Positions 1-12,062 of a DNA stretch of 56,939 nt are shown here, piece by piece. The position numbers were made by a program, and so were the translations under genes. This DNA comes from an uncultured Caldisericales bacterium (GTDB lineage Bacteria; Caldisericota; Caldisericia; JAAYUI01): the NCBI GenBank assembly GCA_964472265.1, contig CAYYJO010000003.1, positions 1-56,939 on the forward strand, given 5' to 3'. The notes beneath the pieces are model-generated. The model saw only the letters and a list, made by a program, of their open reading frames with translations, searched no databases and was not told the DNA's origin. Within the stretch, counting starts at the first letter, position 1. The number at the start of each line of letters is the position of its first letter.

Positions 1-40
1 ATTTGACGCTATAGATTGATTATACTAATTAAAACTAAAT

Positions 41-2194
41 TTATATCACTATTATGCGTCTTTTGATGAGTTTTGAGCGAGCAGCTGAATCGAGGCAATT
101 TACCGTGACCTCAAACTCAGCGGCTGACTGGTAGATGTGGCTGAAATTTCCTGAGCTTGTTCCATCAATGGTTGATGTGGCCACAGTGCCATCGCCCCAA
201 TCAATGGTAACCGTGTAGGGTGAAGTCCCTTTATCGGCAGAGATACTGGCTGTAATTTCTTTTTCTAGTTGGGCAACCGATTTTTTCGTGTCAAAACCGC
301 CCCATTTTATCAACAACTCGGGATTGCTGCCCGGAATGTCATTTGTGACGGTTAAAACGGTCGAATTGGCAAGGTTATAGGTCTGATCCGATGACAACCC
401 TGAATTTATGAGCAAAGTGCCAGCATCAACACCTTCTGCCACCTGTGTTGTGATCTTGAATGATACGCTTGAGCCAGGAGCCATCGTGCCAATGTCAAAA
501 ATCATCTTGTTCCCGGTTTTTGTTCCCTGTGGCGCCGAAGCAAGAAAGGCAAGTTCATTCGGCAGACCAATCCAAAGCTTTGCATTTTTGACAGGAGCAA
601 AACTCGTGTTTCTGGCGGTGGCTGTAAGGATCGGTTTGTCCCCCGGCTTGATGCGCATCATTGATGAGCCAAGCCAAAGCGAGAGTGATGGCAGCGAGAT
701 TTTTGCAGACGCTTGAATCGGAAGGATGTCCTCCGGAGCTGAAAGATCAGATTTCATTGTCAATTGCAAGAGTTTTTCGCCTGTCGGACTGTCTGTTGTT
801 TTGAAAACCAGGTCAATTGTTTTTGATTGCCAGGCAGGCAGTAAAGTACTTGAATAGATCAAGGTTTGTCCGTTGACAGCTACACTTTCGCTTGAACTTT
901 TAAATGTCAGCTGTGGGGGAACTGAAAGAGTCACTTTATAGTTGTGGATGTCGAGTTGACCGAGGTTTTTGATCACAATCCTGACATTGCCGATGTCTTG
1001 TGTTGACGGAATGATTTCCAGACTGAACTTTGGCTGGAGAGCCGAAATTTTAGAGAAAGTCTGCCAATCTTTGTAGTTGATTTTCCCATCAGAGTAAGTG
1101 TCAGCCAAGGTGTTCCAGTTTGGTGAAGTTGGCGCGCCTCCGTCGTTTATGCCCTCCAGCCCCATCAGGCTGTCAAGCTCTGATGAGTCGGTTGCGTTGA
1201 CGAAACCGTCAACGTTGAGGTCACATAAAAGACCAGGCTCGATATACCTCAAAATGTGGTAGAACCTCAGATAAATCTGTCTGACCCAGTCGGGAGTGAC
1301 AGTAACGCCGCTTGTATAAGGGCCAAAGCCGTGGTCGCCATTGACGATGCAGATGAAAGCTCCGTTGTTGCCGACATTTTTCAGCGATTTGTTCAAGGCG
1401 AGAGCCTGAGAATAGGCAACGGTTGGGTCATGGTCGCCGTGGAGGGTCATGATTGGCGGGTCGTCCGGGCTTGCCTGCCATGCCGGTGAAGCCTCTTTGG
1501 CTTTGTCGGGACAGGTCGACGCCTGACAGCCAAGGAACCAGCCGATGACAATATCCGAAACTGCATCCCATGGAGCGGTCAAATCCTCAATGCCACAATC
1601 GTTTACAACCACTTGCGGTCTGCTCGAGACCCCGGGGTAACCAGGGCCTTCAAGACCATCAGAATCACCAGCTGTTCCCATGATCGAAACCAGATGACCG
1701 CCAGCCGATCCGCCCCAGATGGCAATCTTGTCCGGGTCAATGCCAAGCGTGTCTGCATTTGCCCGTAAATATCTTATTGCAAGTTTGCAGTCGCCGATGA
1801 TGTCCCTGTACTGATAGGCTGGGGTGAATCTGTAGTCGATTGATGCGAAGGCAATTCCGCATTGATAGTACATGGCTGCGTAGCCTGAAGTGACCATGCC
1901 TGTTCTTGAGCCAGCGACCCACCAGCCACCGTGAACGTAGACCACAAGAGGAACTTTCTGGTTCCTGCAAAGCTGTGGTTTGGCAAAATCGAGCAGAAGA
2001 TCGACTCCGTTTGCATTGCCGTAGACAAGGCCAATCTGAGTATCAAGTGCAGGCATCTGCCACCAGTTCGGAGGGAGCGGACCAGGCACCTCACGGTCAC
2101 CGATGTAGTAACCGCTTGCAGATTTTGCCACCGGAACCAAAGCGACCGCCACAAGCAATGCCAAAATGAAACGGATTGTCTTCACATTTGACAT
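41..2194 (-). CDS. Secreted alpha/beta-hydrolase (esterase/lipase type) with an internal dockerin-like module, Ig/CARDB-like repeats and a C-terminal PKD-like domain
   Basis: 717-aa ORF with ATG at 2194. Signal peptide MSNVKTIRFILALLVAVALVPVAKSA. HGGWW oxyanion-type motif, GGSAGG nucleophile elbow (GxSxG), and HGDHD / NGDHGF acid and His candidates. Paired Ca-loop-like DLNVDGFVNATD ... YSDGKINYKD at aa ~324-383 (nt ~1046-1225). TIDWGDGT PKD-like motif near the C-terminus. Confidence 0.75.
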   Translation of the reverse strand: MSNVKTIRFILALLVAVALVPVAKSASGYYIGDREVPGPLPPNWWQMPALDTQIGLVYGNANGVDLLLDFAKPQLCRNQKVPLVVYVHGGWWVAGSRTGMVTSGYAAMYYQCGIAFASIDYRFTPAYQYRDIIGDCKLAIRYLRANADTLGIDPDKIAIWGGSAGGHLVSIMGTAGDSDGLEGPGYPGVSSRPQVVVNDCGIEDLTAPWDAVSDIVIGWFLGCQASTCPDKAKEASPAWQASPDDPPIMTLHGDHDPTVAYSQALALNKSLKNVGNNGAFICIVNGDHGFGPYTSGVTVTPDWVRQIYLRFYHILRYIEPGLLCDLNVDGFVNATDSSELDSLMGLEGINDGGAPTSPNWNTLADTYSDGKINYKDWQTFSKISALQPKFSLEIIPSTQDIGNVRIVIKNLGQLDIHNYKVTLSVPPQLTFKSSSESVAVNGQTLIYSSTLLPAWQSKTIDLVFKTTDSPTGEKLLQLTMKSDLSAPEDILPIQASAKISLPSLSLWLGSSMMRIKPGDKPILTATARNTSFAPVKNAKLWIGLPNELAFLASAPQGTKTGNKMIFDIGTMAPGSSVSFKITTQVAEGVDAGTLLINSGLSSDQTYNLANSTVLTVTNDIPGSNPELLIKWGGFDTKKSVAQLEKEITASISADKGTSPYTVTIDWGDGTVATSTIDGTSSGNFSHIYQSAAEFEVTVNCLDSAARSKLIKRRIIVI

Positions 2195-2233
2195 TATGTT
2201 ATCTTTTCAGTTAATTTCAAATTGGTGCCGCTG

Positions 2234-5984
<3,751 letters not shown>

Positions 5985-5985
<1 letters not shown>

Positions 5986-6833
5986 CAGTCACTCCAGTGG
6001 AAGACCGAGCCCAGGACTTTGTAGAAATCTTTCTTGTTGAATCTGATCAGCTTTGCATTGTGCGGGCATCGGGAGATTGTGCACTTGTCGTGTGAAACCA
6101 GTGGAGCGATTATCTGTCCGTCGGCAAAACAGCCGTATGTGCCCTGAGGCATTTCGAACTCAAGGGTGATTCTCTTGTCGGCAGGGACGATGAAAGTTCG
6201 CTGGTTGAAATCGTGGGGGCAGATTGGGGTGATTGAGAATGCATCGGTTTTTGGGTCAATAATTGGTCCGCCGGCAGCCAGGGAGTAACCGGTTGAGCCA
6301 GTTGGTGTGCTGACTATTATTCCATCTGCACGGGAACGGCCGACTCTCTGGTTGTCTATGTAGATTATCACATTGATGATCCGTGAAGTCATGTCGCGGT
6401 AGAAATAGATGTCGTTGAGTGCGTAGATGGTCTTGAGGACTTCGCCGGTTCTCAGAAGCTCGCCTTTGAGCATGACCCTCTCGTCAAGCTGGTAGTCGCC
6501 TTTAATGACTCGTTCAAGCGCTCCCTGGAACTCTGTCCGTTCAACTTCGGTCAGATATCCCAGGTTGCCAAGGTTTACGCCAAGAACGGGAATTCCAAGT
6601 GGAGAGGCGTACTCAACCGATCGAAGGAGAGTGCCGTCTCCGCCCAGTGAGAGGATGACGTCGCAGCCTTCAGGGAAGTCTGTACATTCCTTTATGTCAA
6701 GCCCATGCTTGAATTCAGGACGGTCTGGGAGGCAGGCCTCAATGCCTCTGGCGTTAAGCCAGTTTGCAGCTTCCTGTGACGTACGAAGGGTGTACTCGTC
6801 AGTTTTCCAGAATACCAGTCCGACCTTTTTCAT
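5985..6833 (-). CDS. nadK: NAD+ kinase
   Basis: 282 aa with GGDGTLL and NLGNLGYLT NAD-kinase motifs. TGATG stop/start overlap with recN. nadK-recN adjacency is widespread in bacteria. Confidence 0.9.
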
Positions 6834-6835
6834 TT

Positions 6836-7681
6836 TCAGGCAGTCAACTCCGCAGATGTCAAAGTGTTGTGAATAAGCATTGTGATGGTCATCGGGCCAA
6901 CTCCTCGCGGCACCGGTGATATTGCTTTAACAATATCCTTAACCGCCTCGAAGTCAACATCCCCGACCTGGGTTCCGTCTGGAAGCTTGTTTGTTCCAAC
7001 ATCTACCACCCATGCACCTGGCTTCACCCAGTCTTTTTTGACCATCTGGGTTTTGCCCACAGCTGCTACGAGGATGTCACCCTGCCTGCAAATTTCAGGA
7101 AGATTTGTGGTTCTGGAGTGGCAGATTGTGACTGTGCAGTGTCTCTGGAGGAGAAGGAGGGCGACCGGTTTGCCAACGATGTTTGAACGGCCGATCACGA
7201 CTGCGTGCTTTCCGGTGAATTCACAGCCGAAATGCTCAAGGAGTTTTATGATTCCGTATGGTGTGGCCGGGAGGAAGACCGGGTTTCCGATCGTCAGATG
7301 GCCGACATTGATCGGGTGGAAGCAGTCCACGTCTTTCTTTGGCGAGATGGTTTCGAGGATGACCTGTTCGTTGATGTGCTTTGGAAGCGGAAGCTGGGTG
7401 AGAATGCCTGAAACTGTCATGTCCGCGTTGAGTTTCTCAATGAGTGCGATCAGCTCTTCCTGTGTGGTCGACTCAGCGAGTTTGATCGTGTCTGAATCGA
7501 TTCCGAGCTTGATGCAGCGTTTGCCCTTCATGTTCACGTATGTTTCAGATGCCGGGTCGTTTCCAACAAGGATTACAACAAGCTTTGCCGGTTTTCCTTT
7601 GTCACGGAGAGCCTTTGCCCTTGCTGCGAACTCGATATCCATTTCTCCTGCAAGTTTTTTTCCGTCAAGCAGAATGTCCAT
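6836..7681 (-). CDS. folD: Bifunctional methylenetetrahydrofolate dehydrogenase / methenyltetrahydrofolate cyclohydrolase
   Basis: 281 aa. GRSNIVGKP and PVPRGVGPMT motifs typical of FolD. Lies 2 nt upstream of nadK. Confidence 0.93.
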   Translation of the reverse strand: MDILLDGKKLAGEMDIEFAARAKALRDKGKPAKLVVILVGNDPASETYVNMKGKRCIKLGIDSDTIKLAESTTQEELIALIEKLNADMTVSGILTQLPLPKHINEQVILETISPKKDVDCFHPINVGHLTIGNPVFLPATPYGIIKLLEHFGCEFTGKHAVVIGRSNIVGKPVALLLLQRHCTVTICHSRTTNLPEICRQGDILVAAVGKTQMVKKDWVKPGAWVVDVGTNKLPDGTQVGDVDFEAVKDIVKAISPVPRGVGPMTITMLIHNTLTSAELTA

Positions 7682-7689
7682 TGTTCCTC

Positions 7690-9321
7690 CTAGATGATGC
7701 CTGTGATAACGCCATTTTCGTCAACATCAATGCCTTCAGCTGATGGGGTTTTTGCAAGACCCGGCATGAGCATGATGTCACCGCAAACTGCAACGATAAA
7801 CCCTGCGCCAGCCGATACCTTCACCTCACGAATGGTGACGTCGAAACCGGTCGGTGCTCCGAGAAGCTCCTTGTCGTCGCTGAAGCTGTACTGGGTTTTT
7901 GCCATGCACACAGGAAGATTGCCAAAGCCAAGCTCTTCGATCTTTTTGATGTCGGAGTTTGCACGCGATGTGAACTTGACTGCGTTTGCCCTGTAGACTT
8001 CCTTTGCGACGGTTTCGATCTTTGTTTTTATTGGTGTGCTGTAGTCCTGAAGCGGATGATAGGTGTTCGGGTTTGAAGCGATTCCGTTTACAACTGCGTT
8101 TGCAAGCTCAACGGCTCCTTTTCCGCCCTGTTCGTAGTTGCTGATGACGGCTGCCTGAATGCCAAGCGCTGCTGCCATGTCACGGATCATGTTCAGCTCT
8201 GCCTCGTCGTCGGTTGGGAACCGGTTGACAGCGACCTGTGGCACGATTCCGTACTTCTTGATGTTTTCGATGTGGCGGGCAAGGTTTGCAAAACCAGACT
8301 GAATTGCCGGGACGTTTGGCTCGGAGACGAGCTTCTGGCTCACTCCGCCGTTGTACTTGAGCGCCCTTGTTGAAGCCACGATTACGACGGTGTCCGGCTT
8401 GAGGTTTTTTGACGGGCCGACGATATCGAGGAATTTTTCACAACCAAGGTCAGCGCCGAAGCCGGTTTCCTGAATGATATAGTCTCCCAGTGAAAGGGCA
8501 AGCCTTGTTGCGACAACAGTGTTTGTTCCGTGTGCAATGTTTGCAAACGGGCCACCGTGGATGAATGCTGGTGTGCCTTCGAGCGTCTGGCACAGGTTTG
8601 GCTTGATTGCCTCAGCCATAAGCGCAGCCATTGCGCCAGCAACGTGAAGGTCTTTCGGTGTGATCGGCTTTCCGTCGTAGGTGTAGGCGCAAATGATGCG
8701 GCCAAGGCGTTCCTTGAGATCCATGAGGTTGTCTGAGAGGCAGAGTATGGCCATGATCTCGGAGGCGACAGAGATGTAGAATCCATCGTCCCTGATGACT
8801 CCATTTCCATCGCCCATGCCAACGATGACTTCCCTCAGAGCTCTGTCGTTGAGGTCTACGCAGCGTTTCCATGGAATCTGGTGAGTATCAATCCTTGGTT
8901 CCCTGTCAAACTTGATCCAGTTGTCGATGATTGAGGAGAGAAGGTTGTTTGTTGTTGTTACAGCGTGGATGTCGCCGTTGAAATGAAGGTTGATGTCTGT
9001 TGATGGAACGACTTTCGAGAGTCCGCCACCGATTGCTCCGCCTTTTACACCCATGCACGGGCCAAGCGACGGCTCACGAAGGCAGATGATTGAGTTCTTG
9101 CCGATAACCCTGAGGGCATCGCCAAGACCGATGCAGGTGGTTGTCTTGCCTTCGCCAAACGGGGTCGGGTTGATGGCTGTGACGATGACCAGCTTGCCTT
9201 TGCGCTCTGTTGAAAGCCTCTTTACCGCTTCGGTTGAAATCTTTGCCTTGAATTTGCCAAAGAATTCCAAATCTTCAGTGGTTAAACCTATTTTAGCTGC
9301 AATTTCCTGAATTGGTTTCAT
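7690..9321 (-). CDS. fhs: Formate-tetrahydrofolate ligase
   Basis: 543 aa. PTPFGEGKTTT P-loop and overall layout typical of Fhs. Lies 8 nt upstream of folD. Confidence 0.93.
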   Translation of the reverse strand: MKPIQEIAAKIGLTTEDLEFFGKFKAKISTEAVKRLSTERKGKLVIVTAINPTPFGEGKTTTCIGLGDALRVIGKNSIICLREPSLGPCMGVKGGAIGGGLSKVVPSTDINLHFNGDIHAVTTTNNLLSSIIDNWIKFDREPRIDTHQIPWKRCVDLNDRALREVIVGMGDGNGVIRDDGFYISVASEIMAILCLSDNLMDLKERLGRIICAYTYDGKPITPKDLHVAGAMAALMAEAIKPNLCQTLEGTPAFIHGGPFANIAHGTNTVVATRLALSLGDYIIQETGFGADLGCEKFLDIVGPSKNLKPDTVVIVASTRALKYNGGVSQKLVSEPNVPAIQSGFANLARHIENIKKYGIVPQVAVNRFPTDDEAELNMIRDMAAALGIQAAVISNYEQGGKGAVELANAVVNGIASNPNTYHPLQDYSTPIKTKIETVAKEVYRANAVKFTSRANSDIKKIEELGFGNLPVCMAKTQYSFSDDKELLGAPTGFDVTIREVKVSAGAGFIVAVCGDIMLMPGLAKTPSAEGIDVDENGVITGII

Positions 9322-9659
9322 ATCAGACTCCAGATGATCTCAAAAATTACAATATCCAAAACCAGGTTGATGACTATAAAGATTGCCCAGGTAAACCACT
9401 TCTTTGACTCATCAGTCTTCCACCAGAAGCTGAAAAGGAAGAAAAGGGCGAGGTTTGCCAGGACGATCCAAAGCCAAATCTGGTACGGGAAGAAGAAGCC
9501 GAGAGCTGCGGCGAAGAGGAAGGTGAAAATTCCCACGCTGAGGTTGCATGAAACAGGCGGAATGTGCTTTGTGATCAGGCTTGAAATGAATCCCGAAAGG
9601 AACGAGATTGCCATGAAGAAAACGAGCCACCAGAAGTGAATCCAGAATCCAAAAAACAT
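9318..9659 (-). CDS. Small hydrophobic membrane protein (about 4 TM), unknown function
   Basis: 113 aa, Phe/Trp/Leu-rich with four hydrophobic spans. ATGA overlap with the fhs start. Its ATG directly abuts the TAA of the upstream gene. Confidence 0.55.
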   Translation of the reverse strand: MFFGFWIHFWWLVFFMAISFLSGFISSLITKHIPPVSCNLSVGIFTFLFAAALGFFFPYQIWLWIVLANLALFFLFSFWWKTDESKKWFTWAIFIVINLVLDIVIFEIIWSLI

Positions 9660-11252
9660 TTACTTTGCCTCCTTGTTTGTTAAATCATCGATTGTCACGG
9701 GACAGGCTTTCAGCGCCAGACCCATGATTTTCTTCCAGTTTACAATCACCAGCACGGCTATGACGACCAGGATGCCGGTTGATGTGAGCAACTCAATGGT
9801 TGGCGATGAGAAACCGAATGTCATTCTCATTGCAACTGCCGGTTTGTCCATGAGGATCAGGCTCATTGCCTGCCTTGAGTAGAGCAGGGCGCAGTCAACA
9901 ACGATCTTTATGAAGATTGAACCGATTGCGGCCATCCAAAGCGTTGATTTCGGGAGCTCGTCCCTTTGCCTGAAAACCCAGAGGAAAATGATGAGCGCTG
10001 CAATTGTTCCGATTGACTGGCAAATGAGGCTGATGACGGAAGTTGAAATATCCAGACCTGCCAGACCTGAGCTTGCGTAAACGCCAGGCACCATAACGCT
10101 TGAGTAGGCTGGGATCATTGAACCGTTAAGCTTTGATATGCTCATGAGGTCTGACAATCCTGTGAGTATCGGACTTACAAAGGCAAACCCGAATGCAAAG
10201 GCCACGAGCTCAGTTGGGGAGCATTTCTTGATTTCGACTACATATTTTGAGAACCAGACGATGACTATGTAAACGATTGCAAGAGCGATTGTGTTGAGGA
10301 ATGCGCCTATCAAACCAGCGTTTGGACCCATTATTCCGGCCAGGGCGTCTTTGAGGATAAGACCAAACAGGATGCTGATGATGAAGGTTGCGATCATCCA
10401 GAACATGCCACCCCAAACCATCACGCGCCTGTCTTTTGATCTAATCATCAGATAAAGTGCGATGCCCAGCAGTACGAAGAGGATCGGTTTTACAAACGCC
10501 AGCCATGGAATTTCCTTCTCGTCAAAAGCATTTCCGATGGCAGAACCTGAAGCGTCCTTGGCTTCGATTATCGCTGTGTAAGTGCCGTTTTTTGCCGGTT
10601 TCTCCCAGAAAATCAACTGTGAAGCAGATTCATTGTTGGGATCGTAAGTTAGCCTTGTTGATCTGATTTCAACGCCATCGGGATCATATATTTTAGCCAT
10701 GATCACGCCTTTGTTGTCCTGGGTCGGAAGCGCCTGAAGATTGAAGCCCATTTCTTTGTCTGTATTGCCCTCGGCTGTGACCTTGACGGCTGTTCCAGTG
10801 AAATTGGTGAAGTATGTATCGTTGTTGGTCATCGGCGAGAGCTGGACTGTTCCGCTTGCACCGTTTCCGGTGATATGGATGGTGTAGGTTCCGGCTTTGT
10901 CCATTACCTTATTGAAGCGATAGAAGCCCCAGTTGTATTTGAGTGGCTCAGGAACTTCTTTTTTATGCATGTATGTATCGTTTGCCTGAACCGTGTCTTT
11001 GAAAACCTCTTTGCCTGTGGTGTCGTCGATTGTCACTTCCAGTGTTCCGGTCGTTTTTTCAAAGCCAATGCCGAAAAGAACTGGCAGGTTGTTGTCCGGG
11101 AGCGTGATAGTCAGGCTTGCAACCTCACCGGTTTTATCCTTGAAACTGGATGTAACGATGGGTTCCTTGTCCATGTTGGAAATCCTGACGCTGCAACCAG
11201 CAAGCATCAAAACAATGCAGATCAAACCGGCAATTGAAACAAATTTTCTCAT
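9660..11252 (-). CDS. Lipoprotein-type polytopic membrane protein with duplicated N-terminal ectodomain and about 8 C-terminal TM helices
   Basis: Start placed at ATG 11252 (MRKFVSIAGLICIVLMLAGC, lipobox LAGC). The ORF track extends to 11333. Two similar beta-rich segments (GTYTIHITGNGASGTVQL / GTYTAIIEAKDASGSAIG) are followed by a long hydrophobic C-terminal half. No family recognised. Confidence 0.6.
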   Translation of the reverse strand: MRKFVSIAGLICIVLMLAGCSVRISNMDKEPIVTSSFKDKTGEVASLTITLPDNNLPVLFGIGFEKTTGTLEVTIDDTTGKEVFKDTVQANDTYMHKKEVPEPLKYNWGFYRFNKVMDKAGTYTIHITGNGASGTVQLSPMTNNDTYFTNFTGTAVKVTAEGNTDKEMGFNLQALPTQDNKGVIMAKIYDPDGVEIRSTRLTYDPNNESASQLIFWEKPAKNGTYTAIIEAKDASGSAIGNAFDEKEIPWLAFVKPILFVLLGIALYLMIRSKDRRVMVWGGMFWMIATFIISILFGLILKDALAGIMGPNAGLIGAFLNTIALAIVYIVIVWFSKYVVEIKKCSPTELVAFAFGFAFVSPILTGLSDLMSISKLNGSMIPAYSSVMVPGVYASSGLAGLDISTSVISLICQSIGTIAALIIFLWVFRQRDELPKSTLWMAAIGSIFIKIVVDCALLYSRQAMSLILMDKPAVAMRMTFGFSSPTIELLTSTGILVVIAVLVIVNWKKIMGLALKACPVTIDDLTNKEAK

Positions 11253-11449
11253 GGTAGCAATGATAGACAGGTCAGTCATTAAAGTAAACTTAGGGCAAAA
11301 TTCGGACTTTTGACTGGTTTGGGTCGGCTTCAATTCTTGAAAAATCTCGGTTTTTTGGGATGGTTAAATAGTCAGTTTTAATTAAAATGTTACAGTTCAG
11401 ACACAAAACAAGTGCTGAAAAGATCGGTATTTTCGTTCAGTTAAGAGTT

Positions 11450-11779
11450 TTATTTCCGGACGTGGTGGGGCATTTCGAAGGGAATTTCCAAAGAAAGCTC
11501 GATAATTCCAGAATAAACGTCGGCAACATACCACGGCGCCTGATAAATTATTTTTTTCTTGCCGTTCTTTTCGATGGTGTAGACGTTGGTTCCCTGTGTT
11601 GACAAAAGTTCCTTTAGTTTGGTTCTTGATGGTTCAGGATGGCAATCAAGCACGTCCTGGCCTATCAAGTCACCAGCAAAGGTGCTCTTGGCCTTTAGGT
11701 TCATCTTGATGATTTTGCCGGACAGATCGGCAATTGTTACTGATCCCGGTATGGCTTCAAGATAGTCAAAATCGTTCAT
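11450..11779 (-). CDS. Small PAS-like domain protein
   Basis: About 109 aa counted from ATG 11779; an alternative TTG at 11815 exists and neither has a clear SD. The segment GDLIGQDVLDCHPEPSRTKLKELL...IIYQAPWY...GIIELSLEI resembles single-domain PAS proteins with a CHP motif. Confidence 0.45.
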   Translation of the reverse strand: MNDFDYLEAIPGSVTIADLSGKIIKMNLKAKSTFAGDLIGQDVLDCHPEPSRTKLKELLSTQGTNVYTIEKNGKKKIIYQAPWYVADVYSGIIELSLEIPFEMPHHVRK

Positions 11780-12026
11780 GGGAGGTATTTTGGCAGAATT
11801 TGGGTTCAAATGCAAGAGGGTGTCACTTCAAAATACTCAATACAAATCATCAAAGCAAATCTAAAGTCCACATATACTCATAAATTACATCAAAAAAACA
11901 TTAGAATGTCTTATAATCGACTCCAAGTGATTAGAAATGACACCTGGTTATGTGGCAAAAAAGATTGTTAATATCTATATAAATTGAAATTGCAAAGACA
12001 TTTTTCTGCTCTATTCAGGGTTGCTA

Positions 12027-12055
12027 TTGAAATTGCCCTGGATTTTTGCTAGAAT
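12027..12055 (+). promoter_or_regulatory. Sigma70-type promoter with extended -10, positioned for a leaderless transcript of the S8 protease operon
   Basis: TTGAAA (12027-12032), 17-nt spacer, TGc-TAGAAT (12047-12055). Only 7 nt (caacatc) separate the -10 from ATG 12063, and no SD is present. Confidence 0.5.
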
Positions 12056-12062
12056 CAACATC

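Noticed and set aside
6882-7697. 271-aa plus-strand ORF across the folD locus
   Set aside because: It is antisense to a full-length FolD with all conserved motifs. The product is Ser/Pro/Thr-rich with no motifs, which is typical of a shadow ORF in this G+C range.
7690-9321. fhs-folD as evidence for a Wood-Ljungdahl acetogenesis cluster
   Set aside because: Only these two C1-folate genes are present. No metF, acsABCDE/cooS or fdh genes are in the window, and fhs and folD are also ordinary one-carbon-pool enzymes.
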